Assembly: GCF_030028105.1 (NCBI RefSeq)
Contig: NC_092379.1
Location: 28,079,821 to 28,143,820, forward strand
DNA: 64,000 nucleotides
Direction: 5' to 3'
Source of the DNA: Mobula birostris
Lineage: Eukaryota
The position numbers and the translations under genes are program-made. The notes beneath the pieces are model-generated. The model did no database searches. It was not told the origin of the DNA and saw only the letters and a program-made list of their open reading frames with translations. Positions 24,282-36,479 of the stretch are shown here, piece by piece (position 1 is the first letter of the stretch; each line of letters starts with the position of its first letter).

Positions 24282-24660
24282 ATCTCCGCACGGAATTACC
24301 ATGCGGTGACGGTCAGCTGCGTAGCTGCCACAGCCAGTTGCTATTCCTTCTCCACTCCTGGAATGTATCAGCAAAGCGACCATTAGTGTATTATGCCGTA
24401 TATTCATAGCCGCCAGTATTTGGTCTCCAGACGGCAAACTCCGGTTGTCTGTTCGGATAGTTGCGGAGACAAAATAAATTAAAGAGAATATATATATTCT
24501 CAGAAGAGAATACATGTATTATATATAACCCCTGCAGGTTAAGCTTGAACCAATGAGATGCCTCTTTGACCATTTCAACCATTGATTTCGCAGGGTTATT
24601 GATCCGGCATTTCTCAAATATGGTTAAAATGATTAAAAACACTCCGATGTCTCGCAGCAT
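24282..24660 (-). pseudogene. Probable TCR V pseudogene of a second family, inverted
   Basis: 46-nt leader MLRDIGVFLIILTIF with mutated donor, then CCTGCAG acceptor. LF(C)LRNYPNRQPEFAVWR, GRFADTFQ, and CTG ACC GTC ACC GCA TGG TAA TTC CGT GCG in exact register with L-T-D-T-A-V-Y-F-C-A. Confidence 0.6.
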
Positions 24661-25929
24661 CAAGCACCAAGAATTACCGGAATTAATCACAAAGAATGGG
24701 CCAGCACCTGTCTATGTCCCGAACAGCATACTATTTGTCAATGCGCATGAACATATTGATCCCATTCCCTTCTTGGTCTGTTCTTTTTCCACATCCCATG
24801 TACAGTATGAAAACGGTGTTCATTCAAAAATTATTTCAAATTCAGGTGAAAAAGTCATTGAATCAGAGTATGATGATATGTGAGATAATGTAACACAAGG
24901 CGAGGTGGAGTGCATTTTAGAACTCCATGCTTAGAGAACTTCACAGTTCGAAAACATTTTCTGTTTAGTTGTTTCCTCATGGTCATGCAATCCAGGAATG
25001 GGTTTAATAGAGTTGATTTGCAGTTTTCCACTATGTCTTTCTTCATGGGGATTTTGTTTACTTCTGAATATCAACATTTAATGATGATTTAAAACTGTTT
25101 GTAATCTTGCCGATGATAAACAACATACACAACAACCCAAGGCCAAGACCTCGCATGCCTCTGTTACTAAAATGCGAGATATGCTTTTTGAACTCTGCGA
25201 CCAGTGAATCATTAATCTAAACCTGCATAAAACGTAGACACGGATGGTACAATATTATATCCTGCTGAACAAACGCAAAAAAATATTCTGCTCTGATTGT
25301 ATTTGTTTACTTCTGAGTCTATAACTCAGAAAATAGGTGCGCGACAAACTCATTTAAATTTGGCTGGAAATTTGCTGTTTAATCTCAGCATTCTGGGAAA
25401 GGATGCACTCTTTTATATTCTGACATATATATTTACGTACATCCATCGATCCTTTATATCCATCAGCTCGATCATTAGGAGCTTTCAGATCAGTTTTACG
25501 AGAGAAAAGTGTTTCATCAAATGCGAGAGTTTTCTTTGTTTGCAGTTAATAAGCTAAATTGCCTATTTTCATTTCAGATGGCAATTATAAAAGACGAAAT
25601 CGCTGGAAACACCCAGCTGGTAAGGGAGCTATGCGGAATTCGCAGAACAAACAGTCCAAGAGACCGAATAACTTAAGATTTGATGCCACCTGGTGGAATA
25701 TATATTCTTTGCTTCGGGCGATGTTGCATGAAACTCAGTGTCTCCTTCACGTCATAACAGCCCATGCACAATCAATCACCACTTCCATCCGCAAAATTAA
25801 TTGTGAAGTTTTTCGGAGGAAAGCTACTTTCATAGGATGCATATGAACAAATCAAAATATCTTGCGCCGTGCTGCTTGCTCATGTCTGCTTTTCAGATCA
25901 ATTCTGTCGTCTCCACGTTCTGCCAGAAA

Positions 25930-26338
25930 TCCACGTCAGGGAAGAGTAAAGATTGCTGCTGCATCTTTTGCTGCACCCAGGCGTCGTTACTGTCCTACCT
26001 ATACTGCTCGCACCCTCTGCCTCGATGATAAATCGAAATTTGTTGACGGTCTTCTCAGCAAGAATTATTGGCTACCCAGCCTTGCCTTTCACTGGCGCTG
26101 CGCTGTTGATGTCAGCTCAAAAATTATTTCATTGGTTTGTTCTGCACTTCTGTAATAGCCTCGGCAATACTTCATTTCCTGCATTGCGTCTGAACGCCTT
26201 TTTCTATTGGGTGTTAGAGATTCAACACCTTGCGTTGCCTGTTGTGATTGGTCGCTTTGGACAAGATATGTGTTTCTCTCCTCTGGCAATGAGTCTCCAG
26301 TCTGTGGTCACGGGAGTATAGACTCAAACAGAGTGACT
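25930..26338 (+). promoter_or_regulatory. Putative V promoter region
   Basis: CACGTCA (CRE-like, reverse) at 25932-25938 and inverted CCAAT (ATTGG) at 26247-26251. ATTGG is also kept at 28213 and 45994. Function is inferred only. Confidence 0.4.
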
Positions 26339-26813
26339 ATGAAGAACTGCCTCACTCCGTTCCTCATTACTGTGTTTCTTCTTGGTAAGATGTTCCTTCA
26401 CTGTAATATTCCACAGATCTCTAATTCAATGTGAACACGTTTTATTTTCTATTTACGTAACCATATCGTTCGAAGTAGAGTTGATGCTCTATGATTGATT
26501 TTATCGTTAGACTGGAGCCTTCAAGACTCAGCGGAACAGTCAGTGGATACAATGACGATCGAAGAAGAAAGGAATGTTACACTAAACTGCACTTTACAAG
26601 CAAGTGCTACAACTCCGAATGTTTTCTGGTACAAGCAGCGCCCCAGAGAGCGACCAGAGTATTTGATTCGGATCATCACAGGGACAGTAGAAAGAAACAA
26701 AGATGTGACCGACCGATTAAATGTTTCCTATGATAAGAGTAAAAAATATACCGAACTCTCGATTAAGAACGCCAAAATCTCTGACTCGGCCACGTACCTC
26801 TGCGCGATGAGCA
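26339..26813 (+). CDS. TRAV: Intact T-cell receptor alpha/delta-type V segment (exon 1 26339-26384, exon 2 26511-26813)
   Basis: Leader MKNCLTPFLITVFLL, GT-AG intron of 126 bp, then VTLNC...VFWYKQRP...DSATYLCAM, no stops, followed directly by an RSS. Alpha versus delta use cannot be decided from sequence. Confidence 0.92.
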
Positions 26814-26851
26814 CACAGTGCTTTAAAACCCAACTATCTCGAACAAAAACT
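26814..26851 (+). other. Recombination signal sequence, 22-bp spacer
   Basis: CACAGTG + 22 nt + ACAAAAACT. Confidence 0.92.
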
Positions 26852-28304
26852 CACTTTCACAATTTCGTCGAGATATCGATAGGGGGCGAACAGATCAAGG
26901 GGAACACAAATTCCTCTTTATCCATTTGAGCTATTGCTTTTGCATAGCTATTCTTTTGGCATTTCTTCGTCTGGCTATATGGTTAAAATGAGAAACAAAA
27001 CACTTCAGATACTTCGGATACCACACATTTTATGATAATTCAAAATCGCTTGCATGACAGCCGACAATGAAGGGCGCCCAGACAGCGCGAGGCCCATAGT
27101 TCGAATGCTACTGTTCCAAAAATCCGAGACTTCCTTTTTGATATCTGCGGCTTCTGAGCCATTTATCAAAATCTGTTGAAAACGTGCAGTGGGATGGTAC
27201 AACATCATATCCTGCTGAACGAACACAGGAAACTAGAAGTCGATCTGGTTTTATCTGAATCTATATCTCAGAAAATAGGTGTGTGAATAATTCATGTAAA
27301 TTAGGTGGGAATTACGCTGACTAATCACAGCTTTCTGCCAAAGGAGAGAACGTTTTTTTTTGCATCGTGACATATATATCTACGTATATCTATGGATACT
27401 TCATATACATTAGTTTAATGTTGAACAACATGATCATTGGAATTTTAAACCCAGCTTTATCAGAAAAAAAAAGCACTTCATAAGATTCGGGAGATTTGTT
27501 TTTCATCAGTTATAGGGACACGTTGCTTATTTTCAGTTCACATGACAATTTTAAAAGAGAGAAAGTTTTGGAACACCCAACAGACGTGGAAGCTTCTGCG
27601 AAAATTGAAGAATGATCAGTCCCAGTGAGAGAAATACATATGCTTTGCTGCCATCTGGTGAAATATATCTTCTTGATTTCTGGCGATGTTGCATGAAACT
27701 CTACCTCCGGCACATCTGGACAGCCTATACACAAGCAAACACACTCCCATCCGGTGAATTAATTCGTAAGTCTTTTAGAGAAAAGCTACATGGATAGACT
27801 ACATATGAACACGTCAAGTACCGTGCTGTGCTGTTTGCTCGTTCCTGCTTTTCAGTTCAACACTAGAGTCGCTACGTCCGGCCAGAAATCCACGTCAGAG
27901 AAGAGTAAAGACTGTTGTTTCATCTTATGCTGCACTCAAGTTTCGTAACAGTACAGTTTACTCTACTCGCACCCTCTACCTGGATGAGCAAGCGCAATTG
28001 ATTGACAGTCTTCTCCATTCAAGTTGACGTCTGCCCCGCATCCCTTCCCCTTTGATTGGCGCTGCGCTGTTGATGTCAGCTCACAAAGTATTTGATTGGT
28101 TTGTTCTGCACTTCTGCAATCGCCTCGGAATAAAATTTCATTGCCTGCATTGCGTCTCAACGCTTTTTTCTATTGTGTTTTAGAGATTAAACGCCGTCCG
28201 TTCCCTGTTGTGATTGGTCGGTTTGGCCAAGGTATGCGTTTTTCTCCTCTGGCAATCAGTCTTCAGTCTGTGATCACGAAAGTACAGACTCAAACAGAGT
28301 GATT

Positions 28305-28778
28305 ATGAAGAACTGTCTCACTCCGTTCCTAATTATTGTGTTTCATCTGGGTAAGAGGTTCCTTCACCGTAATATTCCAGAGATCCCTAATATCTCTGTA
28401 AACACGTTCAGTTTCTATTTACGTAACCATATTGCTCGAGGTACAGCTTATGATCTATGATTTATTTTACTGTTAGAGTGGACCCTTCAAGACTCCGTGG
28501 AACAGTCAGTGGATGCATTGACGATCGAAGAAGAAAGTAATGTTACACTAAACTGCACTTTACAAACAAGTGATGCATTCCCGAATGGATTCTGGTACAG
28601 GCAGCGCCCCAGCCAGCGAACACAGTATTTGTTTCGGATCATCACAGAGAAAGTAGAACGAAATAAAGATGTAACCGACCGATTTTCTGTTTCAATGATA
28701 AGAGTAAAAAATATACCGAACTCTCGATTAAGAACCCCAAAATCTCTGACTCGGCCACGTACCTCTACGCGATGATCA
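28305..28778 (+). pseudogene. TCR V pseudogene (frameshift, second Cys to Tyr)
   Basis: Leader and splice sites intact. 1-nt deletion at ~28694 (TCCTAT>TCAAT). TAC CTC TAC replaces TAC CTC TGC. Confidence 0.93.
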
Positions 28779-28817
28779 CACAGTGCTGTAAAAACTCAGC
28801 TATCTCGAACAAAAACC
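28779..28817 (+). other. Perfect consensus 23-RSS
   Basis: CACAGTG + 23 nt + ACAAAAACC. Confidence 0.95.
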
Positions 28818-30261
28818 CACTTTCACAATTTCCACGACATATCGATAAAGGGCGAACAAATCAAAGGGAACACAAATTCTCTTTATCCATGTGAGCAATT
28901 GTTTTTGCATAGTTATTCTTTCGGCATTTCTCAGTCTGGCTATATGGTTAAAGTGAGAAACAAAACACTTCCGATGCTTCGGATACCACAGATTTTATGA
29001 TAATTCAAAAGCGCTTGCATGACGGCCGACGATGAAGGGCACCCAGAGAGCCCGAGGTCCATAGTTCGAATGCCACTCTTCCCAAAATCCGAGACTTCCT
29101 TTTTTATATCTGTGGCTTGTGAGTCATTTATCAAAATCTGTTGAAAACGTGCAGTGGGATGGTACAACAGCATATCCTTCTGAACGAACACAAGAAACAA
29201 GAAGTCGATCTGGCTTTATTTGTTTATTTCTGAGTCTGTACCTCAGAATATAGGTACATGACTAATTAATGTAAATTATCCGGGACTTACGCTGACTAAT
29301 CACAGCACTCTGCGGCAGCAGATTTTTTTTTTTCATCCTGACATATATATCTACGTACATCTATCGATCCTTAATATACATTAGTTTGGCGTTGAACAAC
29401 TTAATCATAGGGAATTTTATTACCAGATTTACCAGAAAAAAGCACTTCAGAAGATTCGGGAGATTTGCCTGTCATCAGTTATAGAGACACGTTGCTTATT
29501 TTCAGTTCACATCGCAATTTTAAAAGAAAGATACGTTTGGAACACCCAACAGGCGTGGAAGCTTCTGCGACAATTGAAGAATGAGCAGTCCCAGTGAGCG
29601 AATGTGTTGCTGCCATCTTGTGGAATATATCGTCTTTATTTCTGGCAATGTGAGATGAAACTCAGGACTTCCTTCACGACTCAACAGCCTATACACAAGC
29701 AATCACAACTTTCATTCACAGAATTAATTGCTAAGTTATTCAGAGAAAAGCTACTTGTATTGACTGCATATGAAGAGGTCAGAATACCGTGCACCGTGCT
29801 GCTTACTCAATTTTGCTCTTCAGATCAACTCTGAAGTCGCTACGTTTTGCCAGAAATTCAAGTCAGAGTAAAGACTGTTGTTGCATCTTAAGCTGCACTC
29901 GAGCTTCGTTACCCAAGCAGTTATTCTGCTTGCACCCTCTGCTTCGATGAGGAAACTCAATTTAAAGACAGTCTACTCCAAAATATTTGACGTCTGCCCT
30001 GCATCACTTCACCTTTGGGTGGCGCTGGGCTATCAATGCCCGCTGACAAAGGATTTGATTATTTTGTTCTGCTCTTCAGCGATCGTCTCTGCAAAATTTA
30101 ATTTCCTGCATTCCCTGTGAACGCCTTTATTCTATTGTGTCTTTTGAGATTTAACACCGTGCGTTGCCTGTTATGATTGTTCGGTTTGGCCAAGGTATGT
30201 ATATTTCTGTTCCGAAAATGAGTCTCCACTCTGTGGTCACGGAATGAAAGACTCAAACAAA

Positions 30262-30744
30262 ATGATTATTAAGAATTGTCTCACGGCTTTCCTCAGTATT
30301 GTGTTTCTTTTAGGTAAGGTATTCCTTCACTGTAATATTTCAGATGTCTCTATAATTTCTGTAACCATGTTTTTTTTTTCTATGTAAGTATGCATGTTTT
30401 TCGAAGTCGGGCTTATGATTTATTGAATATTTTACTGATACACTGGGGCCTTCAAGACTCAGTGGAACAGTCAGTGGATGCAATAACGAGCGATGAAGAA
30501 AGTAATGTTACTCTAAACTGTACTTTACAAACAAGCAATGTACTCCTGAATGTTTTCTGGTACAGGCAGCGCACCAGACAAAAAGCAGAGTGTTTGATCG
30601 GATTATCGCAGGGAAAGTATACCGCAATATAGATGTAACCGAAGGATTATTTGCTTCCTATGATAAATAAATATATATACACCGAACTATAGATTAAAAA
30701 CTTCATAATCTCGGACTTGGCCACCTACCTCTGTGCGATGACCC
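30262..30744 (+). pseudogene. TCR V pseudogene (acceptor AG>AC, frameshift)
   Basis: Original ATG>ATT at 30268, with an in-frame ATG at 30262. Acceptor AC at 30440-30441. 1-nt deletion at ~30598. YLCAM retained. Confidence 0.93.
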
Positions 30745-30783
30745 CACGGTGTTTACAAATCTGAATTATCTCGAACAAAAAGC
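30745..30783 (+). other. 23-RSS, two mismatches
   Basis: CACGGTG + 23 nt + ACAAAAAGC. Confidence 0.9.
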
Positions 30784-32044
30784 CTTTTTCACAGTTTCCT
30801 CGGGAGCGCGATAGCGGGCGGAACAAATCAAGCTGAGCATAAATGCGAACTGAAGTACAAAGGCTTCGTCCAATATTCCTCTTCCCAGTGAATTATCGAC
30901 TCGGCATTTGCAATGGATGCTTTTACTCTTCGATGGCTATAACTTTGATCAAAACCACTTAATCTTGAACGATTCCTCTGTTTTACCTAATTTCTCTGAA
31001 TACTCACCTATCGCATCTGAAGCTTCCACCGTCATCAAGCCTTCATGTGGCTTTTGGTTTTAGTCAAAGATTTAATCACACTTTGGTGGATTGTTTTGCT
31101 CTATGTCTTTGACTTTCATTAACACGCGAGATCTTACGTATTTAAACGCCAGCGCCAGATTGTATCCAACATAAGTAAACGCTGGGTGCAATTGGATTCG
31201 CCGTTTTATTTTATTTACTTCTAGCGATGATTCCAAATCACGATCCATTGCGTTTAACGTCAGTTTTTATTTCGTTTCCATGCAACCAAGTGAAAGGTGT
31301 CAATATATTTGGATTGACCACATCAGCAGTTCAAAATATTGTAAAATTGGTTATATGAAAAGCACTTACTCCTGATGCGCAGTGGAGATTCGGAGACGAT
31401 GGCGCCTACCAGCGACTCATTTGCTTGCACCCTCGGAAACAGCACTCGTTCTATCTTTATAATCCGCAGTTCTCCCTCTCAAGGTACTTCTGTGGACCCT
31501 CACCGCGAGTTACACCCTGACTCCGGTTCTTTGCGGGAATGGAAAGGCTCTCGGTGTGTCACGACTGGCCTTTATTCGATGTGTAGCTCACCTTCGGAGT
31601 TCTGAGATTTCAAGGCTCTGAAGGCTGGCAGAGTCGAGGTTGGTGCCTCTGCAGGATATCGCTGTGTCTGAGCAGACGAATGAACTCTGGTTGTGTGCAA
31701 AGAAAACCAATACTTTGGGCACAAAGCTCGGGGAAAAAAAAAAAACGACGGAAAGGAAATGTAATATCGTAAATCAGCGAGTTGTTTGTTATGTTTCCCT
31801 TCTCGCTGTGCTCAGCAGACAGCGGGGATGGGGGTCGCTGCGTTGCTGCTTTTACGCGTGGGAGACTTGACCTGGGGTGGGGATTTCGGTTTCTACCATT
31901 CAACTGACAATCATATTTTACGACACTCCTCTGTTTTCCTGGACGCTTCCGAAAATAATAATTTCAGGATATATAATGTATGCATTTATCTGACATTAAA
32001 TATACCTGTGAAACATTTGTACATTAATTCTGAGCAGCGTTTAC

Positions 32045-32762
32045 GTCAAGCGTCTTAATTAAGTGGACCATTGTACTTGTATTTACAACACTTACAGTAT
32101 AGCCGGTAAGCAACTTAATATTCACGTTTTAGCAGGAAGTAAAACTGTCAAATGTACTGAAAATTTTGAATGAGAAAATGAACGAGCTCACGGCGCTAGC
32201 CAGACGTCAGAGAACATTTCGGGAGTGCAGTGTTATGTGTTTCACTGGACCGGGTCTGCACGAGGACATACCCGATCAAAACTTCTCCATGGACGCCTCT
32301 AGACCGTTCGGGCTGACCGGAGTGCACTGAGAACGGTAAGCGTAAGGAGCTGGGTGCTTACTGTTCTGGTTAACAACAGATGGTGTAATCCGGGTCATAT
32401 GACGATCGAGGAACGTGTTTGTAGACCGGATATTGAACTTTTTTTGCTGTTGGACCTAGGCCGTATTCCAACGAGATACAACACTGGGCGTCACGGGAGG
32501 TCGTTCCTGCCTGTGGCCATCGAGCTTGCAGATCCTCCCGTGGACGGCCAGACACCCTAAGCCAATAGGCTGGTCCTGGACTTATTTTCCATCTGGCATA
32601 GTTTGCATTTTGTTGTTTGATTGTTTATGATTTTTGTATTGCTATATTTATGCTCTCTTCTTGGTTGGTGCGGCTGTAACGAAACTCAATTTACCTCGGA
32701 ATCAATAATGTATATCTATCTATCTATCTATCTATCTATCAATCTATCTGTCTATCCATCTA
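32045..32762 (+). mobile_element. Internally deleted Rex1/Babar LINE with (TATC)n tail
   Basis: Endonuclease piece (ELTALARRQRTFRECSVMCF, VLVNNRWC) fused to the 3-prime end (RYNTGRHGRSFLPVAI). TATC repeats at ~32713-32762. Absent from the paralogue at ~48272. Confidence 0.8.
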
Positions 32763-32789
32763 TAGCGCTTATAAACTGAAATCGTCGTA

Positions 32790-33030
32790 CTGGATATGCA
32801 CGATCGTTGTTATTAATATCTCAGTTGAACGTAAAGTGCATTTTCACATTTCATGGCTAGTCATCTCATATGTCCTTTATCTATTGGGTCCTTCAGTTGA
32901 CAATTATACCCTATCTTCAGAAGACACAGTACTGGTTCCTTCGATGAATTCGTCTGTACATATTCGCCCCGCAGATTGCCCTGGTGTCTATACACTGAAT
33001 TTGGCTGTATATTGCGACATGAATAACAAT
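32790..33030 (-). pseudogene. Candidate decayed TCR V relic (minus strand)
   Basis: TGT (first Cys) 13 codons before the W position after MY; KEPVLCLLKI; DKG; and D-x-x-x-AAC-GAT-CGT-GCA in YYCA register. Paralogue at 48300-48540. Confidence 0.42.
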
Positions 33031-35930
33031 AGAAACCATAGAAACTACAGCACAGAAACAGGCCTTTTGGCCCTTCTTGGCTGTGCCGAACCATTTTCTG
33101 CCAAGTCCAACTGACCTGCACACGGACCATATCCCTCCATACACCTCCCATCCATGTATCTGTCCAATTTATTCTTAAATGTAAAAAAAAAACGCATTTA
33201 CCACCTCGTCGGCAGCTCATTCCATACTCCAACCACTCTCTGTGTGAAGCAATCCCCGCTAATGTTCACTTTAAACTGTTCCCCCCTTACCCTTAACCCA
33301 TGTCCTCTTTTTGTTTTCTCCCCTTGCCTCAGTGGAAAAAGCCTGCTTGCATTCACTCTATCTATACCCATCATAATTGTATATACCTCGATCAGATCTC
33401 CCCTCATTCTTCTAAGCTCCAGGGAATAAAGTCCTAACCTATTCAACCTTCCTCTGTAACTGAGCTTCTCAAGTCCCGGGAACATCCTTGTAAACCTTCT
33501 CTGCACTCTTTCAACCTTATTTATATCCTTCCTGTAATTTGGTGACCAAAACTGAACACAATACTCCATATTCGGCCTCATCAATGCCTTATACAACCTC
33601 ATCATAACATTCCAGCTCTTATACTCAATACTTTGATTAATAAAGGGCAATGTACCAAATGCTCTCTTTACGAACCTTTCTACCCGTGACACCACTTTTA
33701 GGGAATTTTGTATCTGTATTCCCAGATCCCTCTGTTCCACTGCACTCCTCAGTGCCTTACCTTTAAGCCTGCATGTTCTACGTTGGTTTGTCCTTCTAAC
33801 GTGCAATACCTCACACTTGTGAGTATTAAACTCCATCTGCCATTTTTCAGCCCGTTTTTCCAGCTGGTCCAAGTTCCTCTGCAGGCTCTGTAAACCTTGC
33901 TCACTGTCTACTACACCTCCAATCTTTGTATCATCAGCAAACTTGCTGATCCAATTTACCACATTATCATCCAGATCATTGATATAGATGACAAATAACA
34001 ATGGACCCAGCACTGATCCCTGTGGCACAAAACTAGTCACAGGCCTCCACTCAGAGAAGCAATTCTCTACCACCACTCTCTGGCTTCTTCCATTGAGCCA
34101 ATGTCTAATCCAATTTACCACCTCTCCATGTATTCCTAGCGACTGAATTTTCCTAACTAACCTCCCATGCGGGACCTTGTCAAAGGCCTTACTGAAGACC
34201 ATGTAGACAATATCCACTGCCTTCCCTTCATCCACTTTCCTGGTAACCTCCTCGAAAAACTCCAGTAGATTGGTCAAACATGACCTACCACGCACAAAGC
34301 CATGTTAACTCTCCCTAATAAGTCCCTGTCTATCGGAATGCTTGTAGATTCTGTCCCTTAGTACTCCCTCCAATAACTTACCTACTACCGCCGTTAAACT
34401 TACTGGCCTATAATTTCCCGGATTACTTTTCGATCCCTTCTTAAACAACGAAACAACATGAGCAACTCTCCAATCCTCCGGCACCTCACCTGTAGACAGC
34501 GACATTTTAAATATTTCAGCCAGGGCCCCTGCAATTTCAACACTAGTCTCCTTCAAGGTCCGAAGGAACACCTTGTCAGGTGCCAGGAATTTATCCACTT
34601 TAATTTTCCTCAAGACAGCAAGGACCTGCTCCTTTTCGATCTGTACATATTCCATGATCTCACTACTTGTATCCCTTAATTCCATAGACTTCATGCCAGT
34701 TTCCTTAGTAAATACAAACGCAAAAAAAAAAAAAAAAATACTATTTAAGATCTCCCCCATTTTCTTTGGTTCCGCACATAGCCGACCACTCTGATCTTCA
34801 AGAGGACCAATTTTATCCCTTACAATCCTTTCCTCTTAATATACCTGTAAAAGCTCTTTGGATTATCCTTCACTTTGACTGCCAAGGCAACCTCTATTCT
34901 TCTTTTATCACTCCTGATTTCTTTCTTAACTATTTTCTTGCACTTCTTATACTCCTCAAGCACCTTATTTACTCTATCTTCCTATACACGTCATACAACT
35001 CCCTCTTTTTCTTTATCAGAGTTGCAATATCCCTTGAGAAACAAGCTTCCTTATTCCTATTCACCTTGCCTTTAATTCTGACGGGAACATACAAATTCTG
35101 CACTCTCAAAAATTCTGCTTTGAAGTTTTCCCACCTACCGATCATATCCATGCCAGAGAACAACCTGTCCCAACCCACGTTTTTTAGATCCTTTCTCATT
35201 TATTCAAATTTGGCCTTCTTCCACTTAAGAACCTCAACACTAGGACCAGATCTATCCTTGTCCATGATCAAGTTGAAACTAATGGTGTTATGATCGCTGG
35301 AACCAAAGTGCTCCCCTACACAGACTTCTGTCACTTGTCCTAACTCGTTTCCTAACAGGAGATCCAATATTGCATCCCCTCTAGTTGGTCCCTCTATATA
35401 TTGATTTAGAAAACTTTCCTGAACACATTTTACAAACTCTAAACCATCTAGACCCCTAACAGTATGGGAGACCCAATCAATATATGGAAAATTAAAATCC
35501 CCTACCACCACAACTTTATGTTTCCTGCAGTGGCCTGCTAATCTCTCTGCAGATTTGCACTTCCAATTCTCTTTGACTATTGGGTGGTCGGTAATACAAT
35601 GCCACTAATGTGGCCATACCTTTCCTGTTTCTCAGCTCCATCCACAAGGACTCAGTAGACAAGCCCTCTGATCTGTCCTGCCTGAGCACTGCTGTAATAT
35701 TTTCCCTAACAAGCAATGCCACTTCCCAACCTTTCATTCCTCTGCCTCGATCACATCTGAAACATCGGAACCCTGGAATATTAAGCTGACAGTCCTGCCC
35801 CTCTTGTAGCCAAGTTTCACTAATTGCTACAACGTCATAATTCCACGTGTCAATCCACGCGCTCAACTCATCCGCCTTCCCCGCAATACTCCTAGCATTG
35901 AAATATATGCACCTCAGAAGACTTTTACCA
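33030..35930 (-). mobile_element. CR1 LINE fragment (endonuclease + RT)
   Basis: Minus ORFs 35516-35941, 35200-35511, 34305-34760 and 33198-34295 (VPQGSVLGP, FADDTK). Tail CATAGAAA repeats at ~33030-33046. Confidence 0.95.
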
Positions 35931-36479
35931 GTAAGTAGCATTCAGGTTATCATTCCAATCTTAGAAATAAATTTGAATAGGTAGTCCTTCAACATTGTCT
36001 TAACTAAATATCGGAAGATCTTTTTTTTCAGATCCCATGTCTGCAATGTTTGCCTCCCTGAACCAGCAGATTTTATCACCGTCTTCCATCCGATAGACGC
36101 CTCTTCCAGCAGTCCAGTCATTACTCAGAAGGGTTGTGTAATTTCCGCCCGTAAAAAAAAGGTCGCTAGACTGCGCAGGTTTGACGATCGTATCCGTTGT
36201 GCTTATACCTCAAGTGTGCTGCACCTCGTTTTTGTTATTACGTTAATATCGCAGGTGTCTATATACAAGTATTCCATGCAGTAGGATCGACGTGATGAAA
36301 GTGAGCATGCATTTTTTGCATTTCTCTCTCAAAAGGTTTTACTCCGACTGCAAAATTCGAGGCTAAAGGAAAGACCATGGAGTAGTGCTTTCCAAAGAAC
36401 AATATATAATCTTGTAAACTTAACAAGGATTTAACAAAAGACACCATACACCATACACTATACACCACTCATCGTGTGA

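Larger units (their letters stand above)
25243..30830 (+). repeat. Tandem triplication of a ~1.96-kb V cassette
   Basis: GGATGGTACAA...ATATCC anchor at ~25243, ~27192 and ~29157. V starts at 26339, 28305 and 30268-equivalent (periods 1966 and 1963). Confidence 0.93.

Noticed and set aside
36226-36260. CGTTTTTGT nonamer-like site that could precede a J or D
   Set aside because: No heptamer at either spacer length and no J motif downstream.
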